64,000 nucleotides of DNA from an uncultured Methanosarcinales archaeon. GTDB taxonomy: Archaea > Nanobdellota > Nanobdellia > Woesearchaeales > CAYPCY01. Numbering within the stretch: position 1 is the first letter of the stretch; each line of letters opens with the position of its first letter. Below are positions 52,501 through 62,197 of this stretch, one piece after another. The stretch is taken from positions 41,456 through 105,455 of the forward strand of contig CAYPCY010000001.1 in NCBI GenBank assembly GCA_964409385.1, given 5' to 3'. The notes below the pieces were generated by a model. That model worked only from the letters and a program-made list of their open reading frames with translations. It ran no database searches and was not told where the DNA came from. The position numbers and the translations under genes are program-made.

Positions 52501-54739
52501 TAATGATTATTATTGTAATTCTGGAAATGTTTTCCAGTGTGTTTTTGAATCTACTAATTATGTTGAGGAACTAGTTGATGTTTGTACTAGTGGAGAGTTT
52601 TGTGATTCTCAAGTTGTTTCTGGCACTGGCGAGTGTAGTTTATTACCTGTTCATTTAGACTTGTGGATTGATTATGCACCTGTTGGTTTAACTGTTAATA
52701 AGCAAGTTGGTGATGTATTCACAGTTAATATTTATGCGGAACAGTCTACAACTGTTGATTTACAATATTCAGCAGTATTTTCTGGAGATTGTCCTCTAGG
52801 TAGTTATTCTTTAGACACTGGAGTTAATTCTTGCGAGTTAAGTGTTAATTCAGGATTTGGTAATTATATTATTAGTGTTAATGATAATGTAGTTACTTTG
52901 AATATTGTTTCAGAACCTTCATTGATTGTTGTTACTAATGTTGAGAAGTTGTTTGAAAGATTCCCTTATGAAGAAAGAGGGGTTGAAGCTACATTAAGTC
53001 AAACTTATGAGAATTCTGTTTCAAATTCGGTAGTTTATGATCTTAGCAAGTACATTTCTGGACATCCTTTCAATAGTTTTTCAAATTATAATGAGCATGT
53101 TGATAATCTTAACATGATGGATAATTCTTATACTGTTGAAGCTTCTGAATTCATTAAGGAAAAATGTAATGGTTGTTCTGATATTATGATTCTTGGTGAT
53201 GATTATGTTATTCCAGGATATAGAAGAATTATTGATGAGTACTTGACTGAATGGTTATGGTTTAACGGCGTTGCTGTAGAGTCTGTAATAACTACTGACA
53301 TTCCTTATATTGAAAAAGAAGTTTTATTGTTTTCTGAATATTTCGAAATTTTCAGGCAAGGATCTGGTTATCAGGGTAAGAATGTCTTAGTAATTCATCC
53401 TGCTAATGAAGATAGTTCCATGAGTGATAGTATTGAAGGTTTGAAGACTGCTTTTGTTGATCGTGGTTTTGATCCTGACTTCACAGATATTTCAGGAGAT
53501 ACTATTTATTGTGTTGATGAATCTTGGAGTAGTGATGCTTCTGGTAAGACTCTTATTCTTATTGGTTCTGAAGAGGATAATAATGCTTTTTCTTGCTTGC
53601 CTTTTATCCAGGCAGATTTAGATAATTATAGTGCTGCTCACTTACTTCCTAACGTTTGGGATACTGACGAATTTGCCTTAGTAATTAATACTGATGATCC
53701 TGCTGTTATTGAAAGTTTCGCATCTATGGTTAGAGAACAACAACTTGAGAATTTAGGTAGTGAGACTGCTTACTTCTTTAATATGGGAACTCAATATGTT
53801 GGTTATGGAGCTTTGGTTCTTGGTGCTGGGTTGATAATTGCTGGTACTGGTGGTGCTGCAGCTCCTGCAGGTTTGATTTTAATTGGGGGTATTGCTAATG
53901 TTGCTGCAGATTCAACTGATGTTGCTAATACTTGTTATGTTAATTATGATAGTATGGGCTGGTGTGGAGGCACTATTGCCTTAGCAGCAATTCCGGTCCT
54001 CCCTAGCAAGCCTGTTAAAGCTTTTATCAGGCAAATTAAGGATTTCAATTTTAATCAAATTGTTAATTTGCAATTAGTAGATGATGTAATGAAGAAATCC
54101 ATTAAATATTTTCAACCTGACGATCTTAAGAATGTAATTAAAAATGAGGAAACTCTTGAATTATTTTCTGACGGTAAACATTTCTTGATAGGGGGGGATG
54201 ATATTACTTCTATTAAAGTTGCTGAATTTAATAATATTAAAAAAGAACATTTAGCCGAAGGTTTTGTTAACTTGAAAAGGTTAGATTTAGATAATGCTTA
54301 TTTAGATCCTGATTGGTTAACCCAATTAAGAATGCAAGGAGGAAATCCTGGCTTTTGGGCTGAATTAAAACATGCTTCTGATCAGATAGATAATTTTGAT
54401 AAAGTTATTGTTGGGAAAAGACATGTAGGACTTAATATTGACATGGATGTATTATTGAAAAAAGAAGGCGTTCAAGAAGCTATTCTTGATGAAGTTAAGA
54501 ATTATAATAGTCTTCTAGAAATAGAAGAATTTAATTTAGGAGATGATTTATACAAACAATTAACTGCAAGAATTGGTTCTATAGGAACTACTGTTGAAGT
54601 TGCAGGAGATACTCTTACAATAACAAATGTCAGACTTATTGTTAGAGAAAATACACCTATAGGTCCAAATTTACAAACATTTTTAGATGAGAATCCTTCA
54701 ATGGAATTAATTAGATTTAGAGGAGTTGATTGGCCATGA
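49589..54739 (+). CDS. Giant secreted Cys-rich protein (1716 aa) with tandem ~117-aa Cys-rich modules, a Gly/Ala-rich hydrophobic segment and an unknown C-terminal domain
   Basis: Signal peptide LSFLLIFILLPFVIASE. Repeated modules CG.CGYE.YDCDWNSECSGSLECTGPIWGALDGCCNPGEQWDGSGNCGECFADSDC. More than 150 Cys in total. Confidence 0.6.
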   Translation: MSFKMNKQTLFMGEVINKTNILSLKVLSFLLIFILLPFVIASETTYGSVYEIEEIDRKELFQETVREKLEKQALIYKVIPTEKGNEIYRIDSEGNIIDEDIPLIISSINLSSNYYDAKIYESQIQSQTVKQGSGEGESSTRDMDCNNAYYLDWEDEGSVTGWYPPNEYENHWFEIDLPNDDEFLIGIDMSNNDDFDLYVHPECNDGWVCRPYDGTGDTEICYVDNLDGDVYIRIHAYYLGDDDPYYLYIYPLEGNNDYCDIWDDWGVPCEEGEWDCESDSDCESGLDCMGPYGDYNPNYYDGCCEPGDEWDANSHECISGGCEEGWLNEYDCGSGNMRKRLYQNSDCSTDWENWEDCDDYDTGWDYFCSGDCIQREETDYYCSDSSNSCQGSYDQDTLSCNGDSDYCDDRYDHQDACGKCGYEDYDCDWNSECSGSLECTGPIWGALDGCCNPGEQWDGSGNCGECFADSDCDDQNYYSGWNYECGSNYVKKYRTFYDFGCSGGNDCVANQINEEEIYYNGNSDYCSKSIEFGCGGCDYEQYDCDWNSECSGSLECTGPIWGALDGCCNPGEQWDGSGNCGECFADSDCNSQDYYSEWYYECGYDYVKKYRIFYDYSCSGGNDCIVNEIVEEIIYNNGNEDYCDKSLEYGCGACGYEQYDCDSNSECSGSLECMGSIGGALDGCCNPNEEWDEVNYECIFNTVCGDGICSPDEYCVQDCLVIDSFIDNPDSVDYGEPVSVTVKVDNIGTVTLSENIEAGIVPESWAGLIYPDRSSTPISGCCDANEYYDSFHLEISPGQSEYVTFSIIAPNPDSIDNCGDGGSAWDSSFNLISGLYVECFEGYTDFTSTEIDVSYEPPCNNNGICEEWESFETCSSDCVCNGNGICDGLETFDTCASECYCDFDGTCDSFQGENEYTCAADCVPDCDIPDGSSYACDCDSNIECPSGLFCNFVSGPDACEEINYEDECSNYNDYYCNSGNVFQCVFESTNYVEELVDVCTSGEFCDSQVVSGTGECSLLPVHLDLWIDYAPVGLTVNKQVGDVFTVNIYAEQSTTVDLQYSAVFSGDCPLGSYSLDTGVNSCELSVNSGFGNYIISVNDNVVTLNIVSEPSLIVVTNVEKLFERFPYEERGVEATLSQTYENSVSNSVVYDLSKYISGHPFNSFSNYNEHVDNLNMMDNSYTVEASEFIKEKCNGCSDIMILGDDYVIPGYRRIIDEYLTEWLWFNGVAVESVITTDIPYIEKEVLLFSEYFEIFRQGSGYQGKNVLVIHPANEDSSMSDSIEGLKTAFVDRGFDPDFTDISGDTIYCVDESWSSDASGKTLILIGSEEDNNAFSCLPFIQADLDNYSAAHLLPNVWDTDEFALVINTDDPAVIESFASMVREQQLENLGSETAYFFNMGTQYVGYGALVLGAGLIIAGTGGAAAPAGLILIGGIANVAADSTDVANTCYVNYDSMGWCGGTIALAAIPVLPSKPVKAFIRQIKDFNFNQIVNLQLVDDVMKKSIKYFQPDDLKNVIKNEETLELFSDGKHFLIGGDDITSIKVAEFNNIKKEHLAEGFVNLKRLDLDNAYLDPDWLTQLRMQGGNPGFWAELKHASDQIDNFDKVIVGKRHVGLNIDMDVLLKKEGVQEAILDEVKNYNSLLEIEEFNLGDDLYKQLTARIGSIGTTVEVAGDTLTITNVRLIVRENTPIGPNLQTFLDENPSMELIRFRGVDWP
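50837..51700 (+). repeat. 351-bp coding tandem repeat (2 near-identical copies plus a partial third) inside the giant protein gene
   Basis: Copies start at 50837, 51188 and 51539. The spurious ORFs 50931-51113 and 51282-51464 are displaced by exactly 351 nt and are near-identical. Confidence 0.8.
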
Positions 54740-55299
54740 GTAATTATAATAAATTTATTTTTAAGATTGAAAAAGAAGAAGATATTGAATTAATTAATAG
54801 TATAATAAATAAATACTGTTCTGAAAAAAATACTACTGAAGAATCTTTCAAACAATTAATTATTGGTGAAATGATTATTGATGTTTATTATACTGTAGAA
54901 AAAGATAGTTCTAAAACTAAATATGTTAGTTTTTCGGTTAATCAAATCAGGTTTAGTACTGAATCATTTTATAATTTAATTAAAGAGATAGGATCGGCAA
55001 TTTCAATGTCTGGAACGGGATATAACGAATACGAACCAGAAAAGGATCCTGAAGTTTTAGAAGAGGGTAAAAAAGGAATTTTTAAGAGATCTTATGATGT
55101 TGAAGATTTTTGGCCTTGGTCTCTTTTTTCTAAAGAATTAGTTGAAAAATACGGTAAAGATAAATTGTTTAGTGCTCCTGTTGAATTTGTTGAAGAATTT
55201 AATAATGGTTCTGTATTTTTAATGATTAATAAAAATTCAATGGGAACTAATAACTTCGAACAAAGAAAAAAATTAAGGGAATACTTAAGAAATGAATAA
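54730..55299 (+). CDS. Hypothetical 189-aa cytoplasmic protein overlapping both giant genes (possible accessory, immunity or chaperone)
   Basis: Its start overlaps the 49589 gene stop by 10 nt, and its stop overlaps the 55292 gene start by 8 nt. Confidence 0.35.
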   Translation: MAMSNYNKFIFKIEKEEDIELINSIINKYCSEKNTTEESFKQLIIGEMIIDVYYTVEKDSSKTKYVSFSVNQIRFSTESFYNLIKEIGSAISMSGTGYNEYEPEKDPEVLEEGKKGIFKRSYDVEDFWPWSLFSKELVEKYGKDKLFSAPVEFVEEFNNGSVFLMINKNSMGTNNFEQRKKLREYLRNE

Positions 55300-58200
55300 A
55301 CAATTAATTTTAGGAATTTATATTTTACTTTTGTTTTCACAAGCTTTAGCTGTGGAGTTTGTTAGTGAGAAAAATTCTGTTTCTAGAATTGTTGGTGAAT
55401 CACCTACTGAATTAATTACTCAATTGAAGAGAACTTCTCTTAATATTGATGAAGCTACTTATTACAGTTACGAAACAAGTCTTATTAACAAGAAAGATAA
55501 TATTCTTAATGAACAATTTGGTGGTGTTGATACTAATCTTCCTAATTATTATAATTTTTACGAAATTCAGGATTCTGTAGATTCTCTTTCAAATAATGAA
55601 TTGTTTATTCTTGAAGCATTTGGTGGAGATTCTTTTCAAGAGGTTAAATCTGCAAGTTTTTTAGGGGATGAATTATCAGTCCAGGATATTACTGATTGGC
55701 AATCTTCTTTTGAAATGAATACTCCCTTATTTATTTTTGATGCTCCTAATGCAGGAGTTTACATGCCTAAGGATGATACTTTCGTTTCTAGACTAGTTAG
55801 GGATTCTACAATAATCGCTCCTTCGTATTATAACTCTCCAGAATTTACCAAGTCAGTACTTTGTAATTTACAGTCTGGAAAGACTATTGGTGAGACTTTC
55901 AAGGATGCTAGAAACTTCCATTTTAATGGCGGTTCCTCTAATAATTATATTGGATTGGTTTTACAGTCTTATAATTTATATGGTAATCCTAGACAGGTTA
56001 TTTCCATGCCTTCCTTTGACATTGCTGATTACTGCCAGAATAATCTTGAAAATTTAGCGAATGGTATTGAATATTTGGGGGAGGTTGGTAATTATTCTTT
56101 GTTTAGAAAACATTTAACTTACACTATTGATGATTTTGAAATTGTTAATAATACTATTGAAATTCCAGGTCTTAATCAAAGGCTTTCTTTTGGAGAACCA
56201 ATAGTTCCTGTTTCTATAAGAACTACTTATTTTCCTAAAGATACTATTTTCATGAATTTTAGTGTTAATGAAATCAGTAATCCAGAAAGTTTTAATCTTA
56301 ACTTTTCTTCTTACGAGTTTGACTTTGTTGATAGGCATTGTTATCAAGAAGAGTTCGGAGAGGAAATCATTCTTTCGGAAGGTTATGGTAAGACTCATAA
56401 TTTGATTGCTAAAATACTTCCAGTTAGGATTGATAATTGTTCTTCTGGAGATATTACTTTATTTAAACAATTTAATTACAGTGTTGATTACATCACATTA
56501 AGTCCTGTGATGATTAAGGAAGTTAGTGTTCCTTCAAAAGTTTATTCTAATGAAATTGTTAATGTTGATGTTGAAATTTTGAATTTGAAAGATTCTGTTA
56601 GTTTTGGTTCTTTGGCTGTTTACAAGGGTTCTGAACTTATTACTGAGAATGAAATTAACTCTTCAATTTATAATCATACATTAAGTTTTTATGCGCCTGA
56701 AGAGGGAATTCATAAGTATAGTGTAGAATTTATTTTTGAGAATGAAACTGCTCATTATAAAGAGTTTATTCTTGAGTCTGTAATTTTAGAAGTTGATGCT
56801 TCCATTCCAGTTTCTATAAATGAAGAAACCACTATTAATCTAGAATTATACTCTCCCTTAACTTTTGATACTGTTATGGAGTATTACTTGTTAAAAGATG
56901 AAGAGATTCTTGATTCTGGAGTTTTAGAGTTTGAAGTTTCTGGATTAATAAATCAAGAAATTTCTTTTACTGGACTTTCAAGGGAAGACCAGAATTATTT
57001 GCTGAGAATTAATAATTATTACTTAGGGAATCAGAAAACTAATACTTTCTTATTAACAATTAATAATCTTCCTTTACTTAATGTTGATTATGATACTGTT
57101 TTTGAAAATGAATCTTTCATTATTAGTTTTGAAGCTACTGATTTGGATAATGATCCTTTAACAATTTCAATAGATGATGAGAATTTCATTCAAGAAAATA
57201 ATAGTTTTGTTTGGGATACTGAATTTACTGATTCTGGAGATTATACTGTTGAACTTACTGTTTTTGATGGTTTATTAACAAATTCTTTGCTTATTCCATT
57301 TTCTATTGAAAATTGGTTATTGCCAATGAGTATTTCTGGCGGTTTAGTTTATAGTAATGGAGAAATAATTAATAATTCAATTTTGGATGTTTATATTAAT
57401 AATATTTTATTTAGTAGTTTTGAAGTTGATACTAGTTATTCAATTAATATTCCTGCAGACAATTTTGATAATTATGGTTTTTTTGAAGATGATATTATTA
57501 GTTTCAAACTTGATAATTATGACGTTGTGGAAACTTTAAGTTTCATTCCTGAAGAAGAAATTAGTTTGGACTTGACTGTTTTACTTCCTAATACTGCTCC
57601 TGTCTTTGATGAAATTTCTGATCAATTAATTAATGAAGGTTATGCTTTAACTATTGAACTTAATGTTTCAGATCCTGATGGTGATGACTTAACTTATTTA
57701 CTTGAAGGTCCTGGAATTTTATTCAATAATACTTATGTTTGGGAGACTTTATTTGAAGATTCTGGAATTTATGATGTTTCAATAATAGTTTCAGATTTTG
57801 AATATTCAATCACTAGAACATTCTCTATTGAAGTTTTGAATATTAATAGACTTCCTGTAATTGAAGAAATTCTTAATCAAATTATTCATGAGAATGAAAC
57901 TTTAATTATTGAACTTAATGTTTCAGATCCGGACAGTGATGAATTAACAATTTCATTGGATGGGGTTGGAGAGATAATTGATGAAACTTTTGTTTTCTCT
58001 CCTGAATATGGTAGTTCAGGAATTTATGATGTTTCAATAATAGTTTCAGATTTTGAATCTTCAGTTACTGAAAATTTCTCTATTGAAGTTTTGAATATTA
58101 ATTTACCTCCAGTTGTAGAGTTTGAATTTGATGATGAATTAGTTAATGAGGTAGACTCTATCAGCATAATAGTTAATGCTGTTGATCCTGATAATAATGA

Positions 58201-59734
58201 ATTAACTTATAGTATTGATAATGACAATTTCATTCAAGAAAATAATAGTTTTGTTTGGGAAACAAATTATGAAGATAGTGGAATTTATAATTTCACAATT
58301 ACTGTTTCTGATTCGGAATATTTTGTTACTAATGATTTTATGACTGAAATCTTAAACACTAACAGACCACCAACATTCACTATAATTCCTTCAGAATTAA
58401 ACCTTACTTATTTCGAGGGAGATCTTATTGAATTTTACATTACTGTTTCAGACCCTGACAATGAGAATTCAGTTAGTAATGATGATAATGATCTAAGTAT
58501 TAGTTCAAACAGTGATTTTTTACAGCAGGATATGGAATTATTTTACAGATTTACTAATTATAGTGATAGTGGTGTTTATGATGTTAGTTTCTTAATTAGT
58601 GATGGAGACTTCAATATTATGACTCCAACTTACATAGTTACTGTTGTTAATGTCAATCTTGCGCCTGTTATTGTTTCAGTTCCTACTACTGAAGTTTATG
58701 AAGGTGAATTATATACTTATAATATTCAAATTTATGATTCTGATGGTGATGAAGTATTCCTTAGTGTTAATGGTCCTGAAGGAATGTTTATTGAGAATAA
58801 TGTTCTTTTATGGTATACTGAAGAGGGGGATTCTGGAACTTATGATATTAGTCTTGAGGCTTCTGACAATAATTTAAGTTCTTTCCAAAATTTCGAATTA
58901 ACAGTTAATAATTTGGTTAATCCTCCTGAACTTTTTAATATTCAAGAGAACATAACTACTTATTCAGGAAGTATTTCTTGGGAGACAGATATTCCTTCAA
59001 CTTATGAGTTTGTTTATGGAACTGATGATATTGAAACTGTCATTTCGAGTGATGTATTAAGTTATGCTGCTTCATTATTATTAAGTTTTAATGATGATAC
59101 TGCTTACACTTATGAAATTACTTCTTGTAATGAAGATAATGAATGTTCAAGTTCTGGAAGTTTAGAATTTACTACTTTACTTGCTGGAGATATGAATTTT
59201 GATGGAGTTATTACTTCCATGGAGGATATAATTCCCATAGTTGACATTATATTAACTGAGGAGTATACTGAATTAGCATTTATTATTGCTGATGTTAATA
59301 ATGATGGTGGTGTTAATGTTCTTGACATAGTTGAACTTGTTAATTTATTTTCTGTTTATAGTTCTGATAGTTTAACTATTAATGGTGGTATTGGAATTAA
59401 TCTTGGCGATTATAATAATCTTCCTTTAACTGATAAATGGAAAATTCTTGATTCTGAAGGAGGAGTTAAGGCTAAATTGAGAGAAAATATATTATTCATT
59501 AATGGTGCGGGAAGTATTAGTTTAGAACTTACTAATTCATATGACGGATTTGTTGTTAATAGGGAAGAACTTGATTTAAGAATTATTTCTTTAATAGAAG
59601 AGGAGGAAGAAGATATTATTATTCCTTCTGAAACAATTGTTAATAAAACAAAACTTAAGAAACCTATTGTTAAGATAATTCCTAAAAAAGAAGTTAACAA
59701 AAGTGTTAAGAAAAAGATTAAAAGATTTAAATAG
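55292..59734 (+). CDS. Giant secreted surface protein (1480 aa) with multiple cadherin/Ig-like repeat modules, an FN3-like segment, a dockerin-like Ca-binding pair and a Lys-rich C-terminus
   Basis: Signal peptide ILLLFSQALAVE. Repeats LNVSDPDGDDLTY, LNVSDPDSDELTISLDG, VNAVDPDNNELTYSIDN and ATDLDNDPLTISIDD with internal ~261-nt near-identical DNA repeats (GIYDVSIIVSDFE x2). Dockerin-like DMNFDGVITSMEDIIPIVDIIL...DVNNDGGVNVLDIVELVNLF. Confidence 0.6.
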   Translation: MNKQLILGIYILLLFSQALAVEFVSEKNSVSRIVGESPTELITQLKRTSLNIDEATYYSYETSLINKKDNILNEQFGGVDTNLPNYYNFYEIQDSVDSLSNNELFILEAFGGDSFQEVKSASFLGDELSVQDITDWQSSFEMNTPLFIFDAPNAGVYMPKDDTFVSRLVRDSTIIAPSYYNSPEFTKSVLCNLQSGKTIGETFKDARNFHFNGGSSNNYIGLVLQSYNLYGNPRQVISMPSFDIADYCQNNLENLANGIEYLGEVGNYSLFRKHLTYTIDDFEIVNNTIEIPGLNQRLSFGEPIVPVSIRTTYFPKDTIFMNFSVNEISNPESFNLNFSSYEFDFVDRHCYQEEFGEEIILSEGYGKTHNLIAKILPVRIDNCSSGDITLFKQFNYSVDYITLSPVMIKEVSVPSKVYSNEIVNVDVEILNLKDSVSFGSLAVYKGSELITENEINSSIYNHTLSFYAPEEGIHKYSVEFIFENETAHYKEFILESVILEVDASIPVSINEETTINLELYSPLTFDTVMEYYLLKDEEILDSGVLEFEVSGLINQEISFTGLSREDQNYLLRINNYYLGNQKTNTFLLTINNLPLLNVDYDTVFENESFIISFEATDLDNDPLTISIDDENFIQENNSFVWDTEFTDSGDYTVELTVFDGLLTNSLLIPFSIENWLLPMSISGGLVYSNGEIINNSILDVYINNILFSSFEVDTSYSINIPADNFDNYGFFEDDIISFKLDNYDVVETLSFIPEEEISLDLTVLLPNTAPVFDEISDQLINEGYALTIELNVSDPDGDDLTYLLEGPGILFNNTYVWETLFEDSGIYDVSIIVSDFEYSITRTFSIEVLNINRLPVIEEILNQIIHENETLIIELNVSDPDSDELTISLDGVGEIIDETFVFSPEYGSSGIYDVSIIVSDFESSVTENFSIEVLNINLPPVVEFEFDDELVNEVDSISIIVNAVDPDNNELTYSIDNDNFIQENNSFVWETNYEDSGIYNFTITVSDSEYFVTNDFMTEILNTNRPPTFTIIPSELNLTYFEGDLIEFYITVSDPDNENSVSNDDNDLSISSNSDFLQQDMELFYRFTNYSDSGVYDVSFLISDGDFNIMTPTYIVTVVNVNLAPVIVSVPTTEVYEGELYTYNIQIYDSDGDEVFLSVNGPEGMFIENNVLLWYTEEGDSGTYDISLEASDNNLSSFQNFELTVNNLVNPPELFNIQENITTYSGSISWETDIPSTYEFVYGTDDIETVISSDVLSYAASLLLSFNDDTAYTYEITSCNEDNECSSSGSLEFTTLLAGDMNFDGVITSMEDIIPIVDIILTEEYTELAFIIADVNNDGGVNVLDIVELVNLFSVYSSDSLTINGGIGINLGDYNNLPLTDKWKILDSEGGVKAKLRENILFINGAGSISLELTNSYDGFVVNREELDLRIISLIEEEEEDIIIPSETIVNKTKLKKPIVKIIPKKEVNKSVKKKIKRFK

Positions 59735-59748
59735 AAAATAAGTTTCAC

Positions 59749-61527
59749 TTATTTTATATAGCCACCCTTTTGTAAATTCCATAATTTCTTATAGACTCCT
59801 TTTCTTCTTATTAATTGTTTATGTTTTCCTTCCTGCACTATCTTTCCTTTTTCTAACACTATTATTTTATCTGCAGTCATTATTGTTGAGAGTCTATGTG
59901 CGATTATTATTGATGTTCTTCCCTGCATTAGTTTTTTTAAGTCTTTCTGAATTTCATGTTCCGTTTCTGAATCTAATGCGGAGGTTGCTTCATCCAATAC
60001 TAAGATTTTTTTATTAGCTAGTAATGCCCTGGCTATTGATACTCTTTGTTTTTCTCCACCTGATAATTTAACTCCTCTTTCTCCAACTATTGTTTTTTCC
60101 TTGTACGGGAAAGTGTTTATTATCTTGTCTAATTGAGAGAATTTTATTGCTCTCCTAACTTCTTTTCTTTTAGCTGTTGGTTTTGAAAATTTAATATTAT
60201 TGTAGATTGTATCATCAAATAATACGCATTCTTGAGGAACAATGCTTAATTCAGACCTTAAGGATTCTTGCTTGTAATCTCTACTGTCTCTTCCATCTAT
60301 TAGTATTTGTCCTCCATTTAGATTGTAAAGTCTATACAATAATTTTACTAGTGTTGACTTTCCACTTCCTGAATGTCCAACTATTGCTGTTTTAGTGTTC
60401 TTTTCTATTTTCAGATTGAAATTTTTGAATATTCTTCTTTTATTATATTTGAATGTTAAATTTTTAAATTCTATCTCTCCCTTCTTTACTTTTAACTTTT
60501 TTGAGTGTGGTAAATCTTGTACTTCCCTATCTATTTTCCCGTATTGGAATAAACTTTCAAAATCTGCCATTGACCGATAAAATCCTCTTATTCCATGTAT
60601 GAAACCAAATAGTGGGCCGAATAAATTACCATAGATTGTATATATGAACACTATTGTTCCTAGTGTTAGTTCTCCTTCTAAAAATCTCATTGTTGGAAAG
60701 TAGATTAGTAGTATTGTTCCTGTTCCTATAATTAATGATTGTCCTGCATCCATCCATCTGTAGTAATTCCAGAATTTTAGTAGTGAGTCTTTTGTGTTAT
60801 TACTTAATTTTTTGAATTTTGTTATTATTGTTGATTCTTTTCCAAAGTATTTTATTGATTCTATGTTTGTGAAGAAGTCACTAATATTTGCTTTTTCTGT
60901 ATCTTCTATTGTGTTTGCGATTGTTTTATATTTTATTTGGAAGTGTAATATTAAAACACTGTATAATATGAATATTGTTACTGTCGAGACTACTACTATT
61001 GCTGATAATGCGTCAAAGTATAATAGGGATAGACTTACTACTGCTACTTGGAACAATAATGGAAAGGTATTGAATACTAATACATCAGTCATTCTCTCAA
61101 CTGCTGATCCTCCTCTTATTAGTCTTGCAATTAATGATCCTGTCTTGTTTGAAGTGTGGAAATTGTAGGATAGGTTTAGGATGTGATTGAAAAATTTGGT
61201 TTTTAGATTTCTTATTAGTTTTACTTCTAATTTATTTATTGAATTTATTTTTATCCAGTGTATTATTGTTTTTATTATTATTGTCAGTGATAATACTATT
61301 AATAGAGTGATTAGTATTTCTGTGAATACTTGTTTTGTTATTAGGTTGTCTGAGAATTTTGTTCCTTCGTCTACAAATACTTTGAATAATAATTTTGGCA
61401 CTACTCTTAAGAATTCTATTATTAATACTGCTATTAGAATTCCTATTATTCCTTTTTTATATTTTTTTAAGAGTCCGAAGTATATTTTTAGATTGTGTTT
61501 TACATCTGTATCTCTTGTTCTTATCAT
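59749..61527 (-). CDS. ABC transporter, fused permease/ATPase exporter (MsbA/MdlB-like)
   Basis: Six N-terminal TM segments, then Walker A GHSGSGKST, signature LSGGEKQRVSIARAL and Walker B ILVLDEATSALD. Confidence 0.9.
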   Translation of the reverse strand: MIRTRDTDVKHNLKIYFGLLKKYKKGIIGILIAVLIIEFLRVVPKLLFKVFVDEGTKFSDNLITKQVFTEILITLLIVLSLTIIIKTIIHWIKINSINKLEVKLIRNLKTKFFNHILNLSYNFHTSNKTGSLIARLIRGGSAVERMTDVLVFNTFPLLFQVAVVSLSLLYFDALSAIVVVSTVTIFILYSVLILHFQIKYKTIANTIEDTEKANISDFFTNIESIKYFGKESTIITKFKKLSNNTKDSLLKFWNYYRWMDAGQSLIIGTGTILLIYFPTMRFLEGELTLGTIVFIYTIYGNLFGPLFGFIHGIRGFYRSMADFESLFQYGKIDREVQDLPHSKKLKVKKGEIEFKNLTFKYNKRRIFKNFNLKIEKNTKTAIVGHSGSGKSTLVKLLYRLYNLNGGQILIDGRDSRDYKQESLRSELSIVPQECVLFDDTIYNNIKFSKPTAKRKEVRRAIKFSQLDKIINTFPYKEKTIVGERGVKLSGGEKQRVSIARALLANKKILVLDEATSALDSETEHEIQKDLKKLMQGRTSIIIAHRLSTIMTADKIIVLEKGKIVQEGKHKQLIRRKGVYKKLWNLQKGGYIK

Positions 61528-61747
61528 TTTAATCTTCCACTAGCAAATTTTATAAATTACTCTATTATAATATATTCCTGTCAAAGTCAAGTTTTATTGA
61601 TGAGTCTAACTCTTTAAAATCAAAAATATTAAGTGAAGAGCTAGATTCGGAGTAAATTATTAATTATTTAAATTTACCGGATTATTTTCGGAAGATTTTC
61701 GAAAATAATGGAATGTTTTTTATAGTTTATAAAATTAAATTTGAAAA

Positions 61748-62197
61748 ATGCAAAATACTAATTTCTCTCTAAAAGACAAAAACGGCAAGACTTATTCTTT
61801 AAATGATTTCAATTCTAACTTCATAATCTTATACTTTTATCCTAAAGATAACACTCCAGGATGCACTATTGAAGCAATTCAATTTTCAAACCATATTAAG
61901 GAGTTTGAAGAACTTAATGCTCAAGTTATTGGAATTTCTGGTGGTGACGAAAAGACAAAAACTAAATTTTGTGAAAAACACAACTTGAAAATATTATTGC
62001 TTTCCGACCCCGACTTTTCCGTTTCTAAAGCTTACGGAGTTTATGGAGAGAAAAGTTTCATGGGCAAAAAATACTTTGGAATCTCCAGAGTTACCTTCAT
62101 CCTTGACAAAAATAAAAAAATTATAAAAACGTATACTAAAGTAAAACCTCCATTCCACTCGTCAGAAGTTCTTGAATTCTTAAAAAAAAAACAATAA
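61748..62197 (+). CDS. bcp: Peroxiredoxin, Bcp/PrxQ type
   Basis: FYPKDNTPGCTIEA is the Bcp active-site motif. Confidence 0.85.
   Translation: MQNTNFSLKDKNGKTYSLNDFNSNFIILYFYPKDNTPGCTIEAIQFSNHIKEFEELNAQVIGISGGDEKTKTKFCEKHNLKILLLSDPDFSVSKAYGVYGEKSFMGKKYFGISRVTFILDKNKKIIKTYTKVKPPFHSSEVLEFLKKKQ

Noticed and set aside
53150-53650. Clan CD (caspase/gingipain-like) His-Cys dyad in the C-terminal part of the 1716-aa protein (VLVIHPAN … AFSCLPF)
   Set aside because: His is not followed by Gly, and the Cys is 9 residues beyond the hydrophobic strand. The spacing and context do not fit the clan CD consensus, so the assignment is too weak to call.
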